From positions 89,711,670 to 89,771,532 of the forward strand of contig NC_068990.1 of assembly GCF_001194135.2 (NCBI RefSeq): DNA of 59,863 nucleotides, read 5' to 3'. This document shows positions 24,604-36,365 of the stretch, piece by piece. The stretch comes from Octopus bimaculoides. Lineage: Eukaryota. The notes under the pieces were generated by a model, which had not been told where the DNA came from, did not search any database, and saw only the letters and a list, made by a program, of their open reading frames with translations. The translations under genes were made by a program, and so were the position numbers. Every line of letters starts with the position of its first letter. The first letter of the stretch is position 1.

Positions 24604-24674
24604 GAGGACGAGCTTTCTTAACTGATGAGGCAACGGAAACTGCCGAAACTGACGCGTCACTACTAAGAATCCTC
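24604..24674 (+). ncRNA. Type-I hammerhead ribozyme-like motif (Penelope-type), probably carrying two or three inactivating substitutions
   Basis: Stem I TTCTTA(24615-20)/TAAGAA(24664-69) plus GAGGA/TCCTC; core CTGATGA(24622-28); stem II GGCA/TGCC; GAAA(24645-48); palindrome TGACGCGTCA(24650-59); TA at the UH site (24661-62). Confidence 0.65.
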
Positions 24675-24818
24675 TATCGGCACTTTTCGGACGGTTATAA
24701 TCTCTGTTAGTGTATATGTTTCCATTCATGTGCGTTAACTGCAGTATTACAGCGATTTAGCTTTTCTTTCTAGCAATGTAAGTGTTTCCTAACACCCTAG
24801 TACATTTAATGACATTTG

Positions 24819-24821
<3 letters not shown>

Positions 24822-24898
<77 letters not shown>
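24822..24898. repeat. (TA)n microsatellite downstream of the hammerhead-bearing segment
   Basis: Perfect ta repeats. Confidence 0.95.
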
Positions 24899-24902
<4 letters not shown>

Positions 24903-27784
24903 TGTATGCTTATAATATATGTATGCATAATATGCGTAGGGAGAATATACGAAGAGTACGGGAAACAGCAAAAATATATATGAAGTAGCATTAAAGTGAT
25001 ATATATTTGTGTGTGTATACATACATGTATGTGTGTTTTATGTGCACGAGTGTGTGTGTTTGTGTGTATAGGAAATAGAAAAAATAGGAATAAGAATTTA
25101 ATTTCTTTTTTACGTAAAATTCGGAAGACTACAAGAATATGGAAAGAAAATATTCGTAAAAAAGTAGTTCTTACTCGAACGTAAATTCACAGAAAAAAGT
25201 ATAAGAGCAGGGAAAGAGAAAAATTAGAAAAAGAGATGACGAAGAAGAGAGAGAAAGAGAGAGCGAGAGATAGGGAGAGAGAGAGATGAGGAATAAGAGA
25301 TGTGGGAGTGAAGGCTAACACGTATCTGTTTTGTTGCACTGTTTGCTTTCTTTGAGAGTTACAAGTGGGATGGGAATAATAATAAGTTTAAAGAAATAGA
25401 GATACAACTTGAATGATTTTCGGACGATGAACTGTGTTTTTGATAAGGTTTATCAAATCTGCCACCCATCCTGTAATATTTATGTATCAACTAGTAATAT
25501 ATTGGCAAGCGATATGTATTGTATAACTATATCGATTTCCCTCAATATGATGGAAGAAGTATGGTCGATTGAATCGTATGTGATTTCTTTTTAAACCGAT
25601 AACTGAATGTTAGTGGAAAACAGCAATAAATAAATATATAAAGACAAGTTAGATCGAAATAGTTAGATAATGAAATGAGTGGTGAAGAAAAAGGAGCGAA
25701 GGGAATGACTATACAAAAGGTTTTATGGAGAGAAAAAAAGACAACAGATAAGATATAGAATAGAAAGAGTTGAAGCATGGTTATCGATGTATGAGTGATT
25801 ATACCACGGGTATTAAACAATATAGTATAGGAAATATCTAAATATTTGGAGAAAATTACAAAGATAAGCCTGGTAAGGCGCAATTTACAAGAAAATAGAA
25901 CAAAGCAAAACCGTAACAAATATAGTGAGATGTAAAGCTTTAGCCCGGAAATGCATTCGTAGCCATATATGGGAATATTTACATTTTGCACAATTATCTT
26001 TTAAACCATCTCCATCTATGATGCTAAGTTAACGATGATAGCGAAAAGATGCGAGGTAGTTCATGTGATACATACACGTCATTTTCAACAAATAGGATGA
26101 AAATAGCGACTGTCAGTGATAATAACGTTGTTTGTTATTTACACAATTTGTGGTGTAAACATCCATAAAAAAAGCACGTCCAATTTTGAGCTCAATATTT
26201 CAAACTGCAGTAAGGTAGAATCGTTACCACGACGGATGAAATGCTGAGCGGCATATTATCTTTTCGAATATGTGATTTACCAAGACATTTTTATTGAGTT
26301 TAAAAATGATCTGGTGACGTGAAAATTTGGCATTATACTAAAAGGAGTATTGAACCATATGATTAGGTTTTTTTCTGTTCTTGCTGCAGCTATTTACAAT
26401 GTTTTTGTGTGTGAGGTTAAAAAGTTTGCTTCACCACACGTGATTTTGGGTCCCGTCCCACTGCACAGTGCCTTGTGCAATTATCTGCACAACTATAGCC
26501 CCGGAATGACCAATACTGTGAGAGTGAACTTGTAGGCGGAGACTGGAAAAATTGTACACACACACACATATTTGTATGTATATGTATATATGTGTGTGTG
26601 TGAGTGCGTAAGCGTGTGTGTGTGCTTGCGTGCGTGCTTTTTGCTTGTCCTTCACCGTTTGTTTACATCTCCGTAACTTAGCGAATCATCAAAAGACGAG
26701 ATAAAATAAGTATCGTGGTGCCCCAAAATGGTCTGAATCAAGTAAAAGCAAAAGAAACGTAAATTTTCTTTAAAGCAACTGGTTTTTTTTTCATTTTGTG
26801 CATCATTATAATTTCTAACGACGTAGTTGTAAGAGTCTTTTGCTTGTCAGAGGACATAACAGGTATTCATTTACTGATGCTGCAAATTATTTTTAAACAC
26901 AGAAGTGAAGCAAATAATAGTCAGGTTGCGTTTTCTCTGTAAGCTGTATATTCAAGTATTTGAATTTAGGATTACATATACAAATGAACATTGATATCGT
27001 TGTAACCGTTAAACCTGAAATCAAACGCGAGTGCCATAGATAAAGGACGTTCCAGCTGTGATAGTGCCGTATTTTTCTTAAGTACATGAAACCCTGGATC
27101 ATATCATTCAAAGTGTCTTCAGTTTACTAAGGCATGTTATGACCCGAGTGAGATTTAGCCATTATTTATAGCATAAGAGCCCTCTCAATGATTCGTAAAG
27201 TATTAATATTTAAGTACTAGCTTTCATTTTGAAGTTGAAATCATTAAAAGTGCAATGTGTTCGTTCCTAAGGCCATCTTGCTGGTGACAGTCTTAATATA
27301 AGACATGATCAGTCTAGAGTGTCTATAAACCACTGTTCACAAGAATTATTATTTTCTTCCCGTTGAGTTTACATTGAATAAAACCTATACTCAAAAACTG
27401 CACTGTTATCAAAACCGTTCATCGTATAATTCTGTGCCATAAAATGAATCCTGTCCATAAAATAAATATCAGTCACGTTCTGGTTTCGATGGTATTGTGT
27501 AACGCCCTCCCTTCGAAATTGCTTGCTTAATGAGAAAATCTAAAAGAATAATTATAGTTACTAATTTTGTTAGTTATTATTGCTACTATAGCCGTGTCGG
27601 AAAAAAATGATGACAGTTTTGCTAATGATAGAAAATGGCGCATCAATACAATGGGGAAAACCATTAATAATTGTCAGTAACCTCGCAAATAAATGTACAT
27701 ACACAGAATTGCAGCACTTGAAGAAACAGATACGATTGAAACATGTCGGTTGAAAATATCACCCACATAATGTATGTGCAAATA

Positions 27785-27787
<3 letters not shown>

Positions 27788-27863
<76 letters not shown>

Positions 27864-27950
27864 ACACGTATGTACACAAATGTATTATTACTATTATTAT
27901 TATTATTATTATTATTATCATTATTATCATCATCATTATTATTATTATTA

Positions 27951-27984
<34 letters not shown>

Positions 27985-28022
27985 CATCATCATCATCATC
28001 ATCATCATTATTATTATTATTA

Positions 28023-28063
<41 letters not shown>
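27788..28063. repeat. Compound (CA)n + (ATT/ATC)n microsatellite
   Basis: Direct inspection; source of the poly-I, poly-Y and poly-L pseudo-ORFs. Confidence 0.95.
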
Positions 28064-28664
28064 ACTGAGTTGATATCAAAATGCATTCTCGAAGTCTTCA
28101 CTGGTCGAAGCTATTGATCGTTTTCTTTTTTTATTTGACAGATTTTCAATGGCGGACAAGAGAAAAGTCTGTCGTCGTAGCATTTCGTAACAGCCGACAT
28201 ACTATTTGTGTTCGTACTCGAAAGGCTGGCCTTGAAGAATTTGTGAAATCAGAAAGAAAACATCACGGACATTTCATAAATGTGACTGGAATCTTGTTTT
28301 TATTTTATTTTTAATTCTTTTACCGTTATTATATACAGCCACCAGATTTACAATAACACTAATGATAAGAATATTACTTTGAGAACAACGTCGGCTTTAA
28401 GGACGACGTCCATTATAGCGACAATAACAACAACAACAAAAAAAGAAGCCATTCCATAAACTACAGTAAACAATAATAATTATAGAGTTGCACATAAAAC
28501 AACAACAACAATAATAAAAGCTCTGTAAAAGCGATTAAGAATTAATCAACAGCTACAATCGTAATGGTGGTAATGACGACAAGGATCAAAAATACGATGA
28601 GTATTTCCTTCCGATAACTCTGGGAGTAACGGTAACAGAGATAACAGCAGTAGCAGCAACAAGC

Positions 28665-28716
<52 letters not shown>

Positions 28717-28866
28717 AAGCAACTGCAGCGCAGAAGCAATAGCAGCAACAGCAGCCGCGATAATTACTGTGATGGTGGTGTTGATGATAGCCAGAATAGA
28801 GCGTTCGATTCCCTAATTACCACCACCACCACCAACAACAACAACAATAATAATAATAATAATAAT

Positions 28867-28972
28867 ATAGGGGCAGCTAGGATACTTAAGAGGGTTCTTG
28901 GCATTTAAGGTTACTTCTTGTAGCCCGATGCTAGGAATTTTTCTTTTCCAAAAGTTTAATCTGTTGTGTGTA
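28867..28972 (+). mobile_element. About 105-bp 5'-truncated R4/Dong-like 3' end inside an (AAT)n/(CTA)n array
   Basis: ata ggg gca gct agg ata ctt aag agg gtt ctt ggc att taa = IGAARILKRVLGI* (cf. LGTARILRKVL*), then a short UTR. (AAT)n lies upstream and (CTA)n(ATA)n downstream. Confidence 0.55.
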
Positions 28973-29034
<62 letters not shown>

Positions 29035-29473
29035 ATAATAATAATAATAATAATTTTATGTTACTTTGACCTGAGAACAAGTTTCTTATAGTTGATAGTT
29101 GAGAGTGATATATCAGTGAAGTGACGAATGGTAAAATTCTCTTCACCTCGAGTCTAATTCATATTGCCGAAATTCTTCTACTCTTTTCTATCAACTCTAT
29201 ACAACTTGCTTTAAGGTTATAGTCAGAGTAACGTGTAAAAGCCGTCTAATATAGGGTCAGTCCTTTATCAACTCTTCTATATAGATTCGACATTTTAACT
29301 CAAAATATTTTTTAAAAATCACTCGGAAGCATTCTCTAACTCCCTCTCTCTCTCTGTCTCTGTCTCTCTCTTTTCTCCTTTCGTCACGTTCTCTTTCTTT
29401 CCCTCGCTCTCTTAACTAATTCAAATCACTCGCACTTCCCTCTATAAATCATACAATTTATTCTTCTCACTTT

Positions 29474-29532
<59 letters not shown>

Positions 29533-29564
29533 TTCCATCTATTATTTACAAACACATACATACA

Positions 29565-29618
<54 letters not shown>

Positions 29619-30278
29619 NNNNNNNNNNNNNNNNNNNNNNNNNNNNNNNNNNNNNNNNNNNNNNNNNNNNNNNNNNNNNNNNNNNNNNNNNNNNNNNNNN
29701 NNNNNNNNNNNNNNNNNNNNNNNNNNNNNNNNNNNNNNNNNNNNNNNNNNNNNNNNNNNNNNNNNNNNNNNNNNNNNNNNNNNNNNNNNNNNNNNNNNNN
29801 NNNNNNNNNNNNNNNNNNNNNNNNNNNNNNNNNNNNNNNNNNNNNNNNNNNNNNNNNNNNNNNNNNNNNNNNNNNNNNNNNNNNNNNNNNNNNNNNNNNN
29901 NNNNNNNNNNNNNNNNNNNNNNNNNNNNNNNNNNNNNNNNNNNNNNNNNNNNNNNNNNNNNNNNNNNNNNNNNNNNNNNNNNNNNNNNNNNNNNNNNNNN
30001 NNNNNNNNNNNNNNNNNNNNNNNNNNNNNNNNNNNNNNNNNNNNNNNNNNNNNNNNNNNNNNNNNNNNNNNNNNNNNNNNNNNNNNNNNNNNNNNNNNNN
30101 NNNNNNNNNNNNNNNNNNNNNNNNNNNNNNNNNNNNNNNNNNNNNNNNNNNNNNNNNNNNNNNNNNNNNNNNNNNNNNNNNNNNNNNNNNNNNNNNNNNN
30201 NNNNNNNNNNNNNNNNNNNNNNNNNNNNNNNNNNNNNNNNNNNNNNNNNNNNNNNNNNNNNNNNNNNNNNNNNNNNNN

Positions 30279-30343
<65 letters not shown>

Positions 30344-30394
30344 TAAAAAATATATATAAATAGAATAAACGAATAAAAAGAAACTTTGGACAAA

Positions 30395-30843
30395 ATGGTG
30401 TATTCTTTTCTTTACAACGATTCTAACGAAGACGTTGGTTTAAAATTCAAGGATTATATTTATGTGGATGGTACTGAAGATATGGACAGAATATATTACC
30501 CAGGGAAAATCGAAAATCTACGCAAACCCTGGATACAAGAACCACATTTTATTCTCACAGTCGTTGTTTACAGCATCTGTTTTATAGTTGGTCTCATTGG
30601 AAACGGTTTGGTAGTTTTTGCTATGTGCGCTGATAAGAAAAACCGAAGTGTAACTACTTCGTTTCTGGTTAGTCTTGCTTTGGCTGATTTACTCTTCTTG
30701 TTGGTCTGTGTGCCGTACGAAGTGACCAAAAGTTCAATAGCTCATTGGTCCACTGGAATTTTTTTGTGTAAATTCACTGGATTCATTGAAATGTTAACAG
30801 CCGTTGGATCGATTTTCAACCTTACAGCGGTCAGCATCGAAAG
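30395..30843 (+). CDS. First coding exon of a class A (rhodopsin-like) GPCR, neuropeptide-receptor type (N-terminus, TM1-TM3)
   Basis: ATG in caaaATGg context with an in-frame stop 21 nt upstream. N-glycosylation sequon NDS; TM1 ...VGLIGNGLV (N1.50); TM2 SLALADLLFLLVCVP (D2.50); ECL1 WSTGIFLC (C3.25); TM3 ...NLTAVSIE-R. The frame closes immediately after an AG|GTAAAG donor. Confidence 0.93.
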
Positions 30844-30849
30844 GTAAAG
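30844..30849 (+). promoter_or_regulatory. 5' splice donor (phase 2, inside the Arg codon of the ERY motif)
   Basis: GAA AG|GTAAAG. Read-through gives an immediate TAA, so splicing is required for a full receptor. Confidence 0.85.
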
Positions 30850-30949
30850 AAACGGTTTTAATTATTTTTGTATGAGTGCATTTACATATATGTGCATACA
30901 TGGATAGATGCGTATGTTCGTTTAAGTACGTAAGTACGTACGTACGTAC

Positions 30950-30980
<31 letters not shown>

Positions 30981-31067
30981 TGCATTTATATATGCCTCTA
31001 TGTGTGTGCGTACGCCTGCATTTTACCAACTTTATTCAGATATGAGTTTGTGATATTAAAGTTACTG

Positions 31068-31135
<68 letters not shown>

Positions 31136-31449
31136 ACGTTCAGTGTTACGTTTTGAGTAGTTAAAATGTATGCGTTGCTTTTTTTTTTTGTATTCGTGAC
31201 GGACATATTTAATTTTCTGATTTTCCACTCATTTCACGAACCAGTATAAATTCATATTTCCTAATTCCATTATATTATTGCTATCTCTCCTCTATTTGTA
31301 TTGTTATTATTTCGTTACAAAATGCTTTCCAATATTAACAAGAAATCGAATTGAAGAAACTACAGCTGAAAATTTATCTTTTTGTACGATATGTACAGAT
31401 GCTAATTTACAGAATTTCGGATTTTTGAATACCCCACTAGGTCATAATG

Positions 31450-32097
31450 ATCTTTTGTAGGCCCCTCCAAGCTGAAAAAAGCAGCAGTCAGCTTCGCTAG
31501 AACATGCGAAGTCACACTAGATCACACAGCATAAATTCTTAGTTACTCAGACCTTCTAAAACCATCACAGTTTCTAAAAACTTATGTGCATCACTTTGGA
31601 GATATCAGAAGGACTTACATAAGACCTGTTAGAGCTTTGGTCTTGTCGAAGTTTTTCTCATTAGAGAAGTACCAAAGCATGTCATGTTCGTGAGGGATTT
31701 TAATCTTAAACTGCTTGGAACGGATTGAATGGATATTTTTTGTGCCTTTGCAGACATGAATTGACCTCTTTCTAGTACCTACGGCTTGTTTCGACTGTCC
31801 TGGCGCTTCACAGAACTAATAGTCTACTCTGATATCTGAAGTTCTTTGGCGATGGCTCACATCATTTTTTTTCTGGAAGTATCATTGATTGAATTCATTA
31901 GATGAAGTATGGTGACTTTATATTGTCCGAACTTTCAGATTATTTTTCTTTGATACAGTTGAATCGTTCCCGCCAGAGGCTTCTAATTTCATTCGGACCT
32001 TTTGTACAAAAGATCTCGCAATATTTAGAAAGCAAACAATTGTTTTGCACATATGGCATCAATGACTTACGTGTCTTTTCGTTTCTTGCGTTAGCAT
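31450..32097 (-). mobile_element. Decayed Tc1/mariner-superfamily transposase (DD37D/maT-like), 5' half
   Basis: Minus strand with frameshifts: MLTQETKRH, FLNIARSFVQKVRMKLEASGG, AIAKELQISE*TI, RGQFMSAK, MLWYFSNEKNFD (cf. SDEKNF), VMH..KFLETVMVL. Confidence 0.7.
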
Positions 32098-32899
32098 TTT
32101 ATCTACGATGCAAAATACGTATTTGTGTGTATATGTGTGTATATGTGATTTAGAGCTTTATATCTTGAAGTTGTAGGATGGGTGGTAGCAAATAAGAATG
32201 GATATAAAACAGCGGGAAATTAGATTAAAAAATCAAAACTAGGAAACACAAACACAATAAAAAGCTGATCGAAATATAGATAAACTTAATACAATATATA
32301 TAATAATAACATTGGTACACAAAATGCACATCAAAGGATATTCATAGAAAAAAACTTAACAGGAACAAATATGTATATAAAACTATATAGCCAAAAATTA
32401 TATAGAGACATGTATACATCAATATATTAATTGCACAGGAGCAGCAAATAGTCAACAGCAAAATCAACACGGGGTGAAGGACGGAGGTTTTGATTGAAAT
32501 ATTTGCTGACCAGCTTCATCTGAACGGTTACTTAATATATATTGTTGCTTTATATTTAAAAAACTGATTGCGTGAGTTATTATAATTAACCCACTTACGG
32601 TGTGTCCGCAAATTAGGCTTTTTGCCGATCGGCTGGTTTGGGAACCTACATTTCAACTAAAGAGAGCTTCTATAATTTTAATGGAATCTTGTTTGCAATA
32701 TACTCTATATTTCACTTTTTATCGAATTTGCCAATCAAAGACAAAATGAGCTGATTTTACTTTATGCATTAGAGACGAATCTGAGCTGCCTGGAAAATAT
32801 TCAGAAGTGTAGTTCTCTGTGGTGCATTGTTATGTGCACAACTATGCTTATAATGTGTATATAAAGTGCATACATTCTGCGTGTACCGTCGAATCAGGC

Positions 32900-33220
32900 T
32901 CAATGATGTAACTTAAAGCGAATTATGAAATGGCTGTAACTATACGGAATTAAGCGTATTGAGATATCAATTTTTTGGTAAGCTATCATGCTTCCTTCAT
33001 GCTTTGCATCTATATGCATAAGTTGCTGCTTTAATTCGTCAGTACTGCTTAAGTCTTTAATCCATATGAATAATATACAATCCATATCAACAATCTTACT
33101 CCGATTTCGAGTTGATTGCATTACTGTTGATATGAAGTTATCTGTAGTGTTTGCAGTAAATCTCCTGCTTGTTATAGAATTATCCGTACGATTGACATTA
33201 AATGAACGATCTCTGAACAC
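32900..33220 (-). mobile_element. Possible pogo/Tigger (CENP-B-type HTH) transposase remnant
   Basis: DMDCILFIWIK ... SYSHFIIRFKLHH resembles DVExALxxWF ... ASxGWLxRFKxRH. Confidence 0.35.
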
Positions 33221-33809
33221 CCTCCAGCGACGTTATCATCACTTTTAATTATTTCCCGTCTCTTACTGAAAAATAAAGCTTCCTCTTTATTCTAATGCAG
33301 TCACCTCACTTTTGACTTTTCTTTTACTTGTTTCTTATGAGAAAAATATTCCCAAGAAGACAAAGTAAGCGATGACACGACGAGAAAACTGAAACATGTC
33401 TTTATCGACTGTTTCTTAGAGTTACACGTAAACAATCATAAGACTATCGTAATCATTTAGAGGAGAACTATGCTTTATAAGTATTTATGAACAGAATAAT
33501 AATTATACTTTAGTAAAACATCGAATAAAAGTTTAAAGCTTATTCGGCAGATCATTGTTACTATTGAACATAACGGGAATCTGTAGGATGGAAAAAGATT
33601 GCCCACTACGGAAACATTAAACGTATGTCAGTCTATGAGTCCTTAAGTAGGACCTGCCACTTTCGTTCAGTCAGCCAGTCTGCATTGGGACATGATCAGC
33701 ACTTTCGATCAATCCTCACTGAAATACAATCGCATCATTTCCCTTATTTTTGTGATGAACTTGCTTTCGTCGCCTTTTAGAAAATGTTTTAGGAAATACG
33801 AGATACTGA

Positions 33810-34715
33810 GTGAGCGACCAAAGATACTATCTCTTTGCAAAGAAGTTTACACATTTTAAAAAGTCACCAGAAGTTTTAAATATGGTGCAGCAAAATTCGA
33901 CGAAAAGAAGGTTTATTTCACAATTTATAAAACGTGATTGTGTGAAAACTGCGTTAAGAACAAGAAGCAACGGAAGTGAGGAAGATGACTATCAAAGTAT
34001 TATTTTAAGTTTAGCTTATCGATTGGCTAATAAAAAGAAATGCAGTAATTGTTGTCAATTTGAGTGAGTAGTTTAAGCAATAGAGCTGTAAAACGAAGAC
34101 TCTTTGATGAAGGGCTTAGAGTAAAAACTACTACGAAAAGGAAAAGCGTATCTGAATATTCTTCAGAGAAGAAAACTCTTTTATGGGCAAGATAACACAA
34201 GGAATGGACAGCAAAAGCTTAGGAAAATGAGGATGGTGTCGTTGGACTGATATTTCACTTTGCAGAAGCAATGGATTAAAATATGTGAGATAAAGGCCAA
34301 ATGAAGATATGTTAAGTATATTAACAGCTATAATGAAGCATCTTGTGAGTGCAATGCAGTACGTTGTATGCAGGGATGTTGGACGCATTGAAACTATAAA
34401 TAAAAGTTGAATTGCTAATAAATTACCGAGAACGAAACGAAATTATTCTCTTGAACCAATGACATACTTTCGCATGAATGAAATGAAGCAATTTATTGCA
34501 GCAAGACGGTTCGCCATTACATTAAACAAAATCTAACATCAAATAGTTGAAAGACCATAAAATAAACATTCTTCAATTTTTCTGGAAACAACCTTGAATT
34601 TAATCCAACAGAAAGTTTACGGTCAGGGCTCAAGAGACTGCTATCAATTGTCAATCAATCAACAAAATACATTGAACTGAAGCAATTATCAGTGCCTGGT
34701 TTAGAACAATAAAAG
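33810..34715 (+). mobile_element. Decayed Tc1-like (DD34E) transposase
   Basis: RAVKRRLFDEGL, LLWAR*HKEWT, YVR*RPNE..LTAIMKH, LQQDGSP.H, GNNLEFNPTESLRSGLKRLL (cf. PGNSPDLNPIENLW), AIISAWFRTI. Confidence 0.7.
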
Positions 34716-34994
34716 GTAGGACGCTGAGGACTTTTATCATTTCTCTGCTAAGAATATTTGATACAGTAATAAAAACAAGATTATCTTACTTAAATACTGA
34801 TATAAACTTTCATATTGCAAAATAAATAAAACGAATATGTCTTATTTAGTGTTTCATGCACCTCTGGTATTGAAGATATGCGTATATATATATATATATN
34901 NNNNNNNNNNNNNNNNNNNNNNNNNNNNNNNNNNNNNNNNNNNNNNNNNNNNNNNNNNNNNNNNNNNNNNNNNNNNNNNATATATATGTGTGTA

Positions 34995-35058
<64 letters not shown>

Positions 35059-35078
35059 GAGAGAGAGAAATACATACA

Positions 35079-35910
35079 TATCAAAAAGTTCCCGGACCAG
35101 CTCTGTAGCGCGCCAACAGATGGCAGCAGTGTGCCGAGTGACATTGCTGTGTTTGCTTCGCAAGTTGCGAAAATTGTGTTTTTGTGATCACGTGTGTATG
35201 CTGCAGTCTGAGATTTTGTCACGAGCAGGAACAAAGAGCCAACGTGAAATTTTGCGCTAAACTTTGCAAGTCTGCTACAGAGACCTTGAGCATGACTCGG
35301 CAAGCTTTTGCCTGTGAGGCAATGGGCCGTACGCAATGTTTTGATTGGCACGGGATCTCCAAAAGCAGAAGAACCTCCCCGGAAGACGAAGAGTGATCTG
35401 GAAGACTTGCTACGAGCTTCATTCCAGGAAGTGTGTAGAAAATTTATCAGCTTGTGCACAAGACTCATCGGACGACATTGCTGATATTGTTGGTCAATCC
35501 TTTGGATCTGTGCAGGCAATGCTAATGTCTGAATTGGACATGCGGCATGTCTCTGCCAAGTTTGTCCCCCACCTGCTGACCAAGGAGCAGAAAGAACATC
35601 TCATCTCTCAAGATCTCTGTCTGAATGCCGCTGATGGCTCGTCCTAGACCGAGAGCTGGGTCTACGAGTATGGCCCTGGGAGGAAGTAGCAGTCATCACA
35701 ATGGAAAAGCTCTTCATCTCCACAACGGAAGGAATGACTGTGCCGCAGCTCAATAAAGAGCATGCTCATAGTTGTTTTCGACATACGCGATATGGTGCAT
35801 CGAGCATTCGGCCCCCCAGGGCCAGACTAACAATCGAGACTTCTACTGCGAAGTTTTGGAACATTTGAGGAGGACACACAGCGCAAAGAATCGGTTTCTT
35901 CACGATGACA
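35079..35910 (+). mobile_element. Decayed mariner (DD34D) element: 5' TIR remnant and about two-thirds of the transposase
   Basis: atcaaaaagttcccggac TIR-like end; EQRANVKFCAKLCKSATET..QAFACEAMGRTQCFDWH, SAKFVPHLLTKEQK, ESWVYEY..QSSQWKS, KSMLIVVFD..MVHRAF..GQT.NRDFYCEVL. Frameshifted, 3' part missing. Confidence 0.85.
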
Positions 35911-36140
35911 GAAATGTGTAAAGGAATATTTCTCGTTAGATTTTCGATGATATTGAGTACTGTTTTGACTTTTATGTATGTATTCACAATCGGTCTATAT
36001 ATATGAATGGATAGATACATGCTCGAAGAGGTTAGCCGTTAACTGGAACTTAACTGAGAGCCAACACGGTATCCAGCCGAATAATGTATCCTTCCAAACT
36101 TACTTTTCTATATATACATATAACAATACACACACACACA

Positions 36141-36219
<79 letters not shown>

Positions 36220-36228
36220 GTATATATA

Positions 36229-36365
36229 GTTCGAATTTACAGAAATCGATAGACGAAGACAAGTGAGGAAACTCCAAGCAGGTGTATCAGTTTGACGTTT
36301 ACAGTCCACGCTCTTCCACAGAAACAATGGAGAGGGGAAAAAATGGAGAGAGAAGGAAAAAAGAA
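36229..36365 (-). mobile_element. Penelope-like terminal repeat fragment (same family as 13.4 and 54.0 kb), internally deleted
   Basis: gaatttacagaaat...agacgaagac...caggtgtatcagtttgacgtt...acgctcttccacagaaac, next to (CA)n(TA)n. Confidence 0.5.

Noticed and set aside
25560-25960. Possible R4/Dong C-terminal relic on the + strand
   Set aside because: Similarity is too weak and no catalytic motif is recoverable.
27664-28117. Poly-Ile/Tyr/Leu/His, HTHT, CVCV and YIYI ORFs throughout the track
   Set aside because: These are translations of microsatellites with no domain signal.
30351-30360. TATATAAA upstream of the GPCR ATG as a TATA box
   Set aside because: Such motifs are ubiquitous in this AT-rich, (TA)n-rich sequence, and there is no transcription start evidence.
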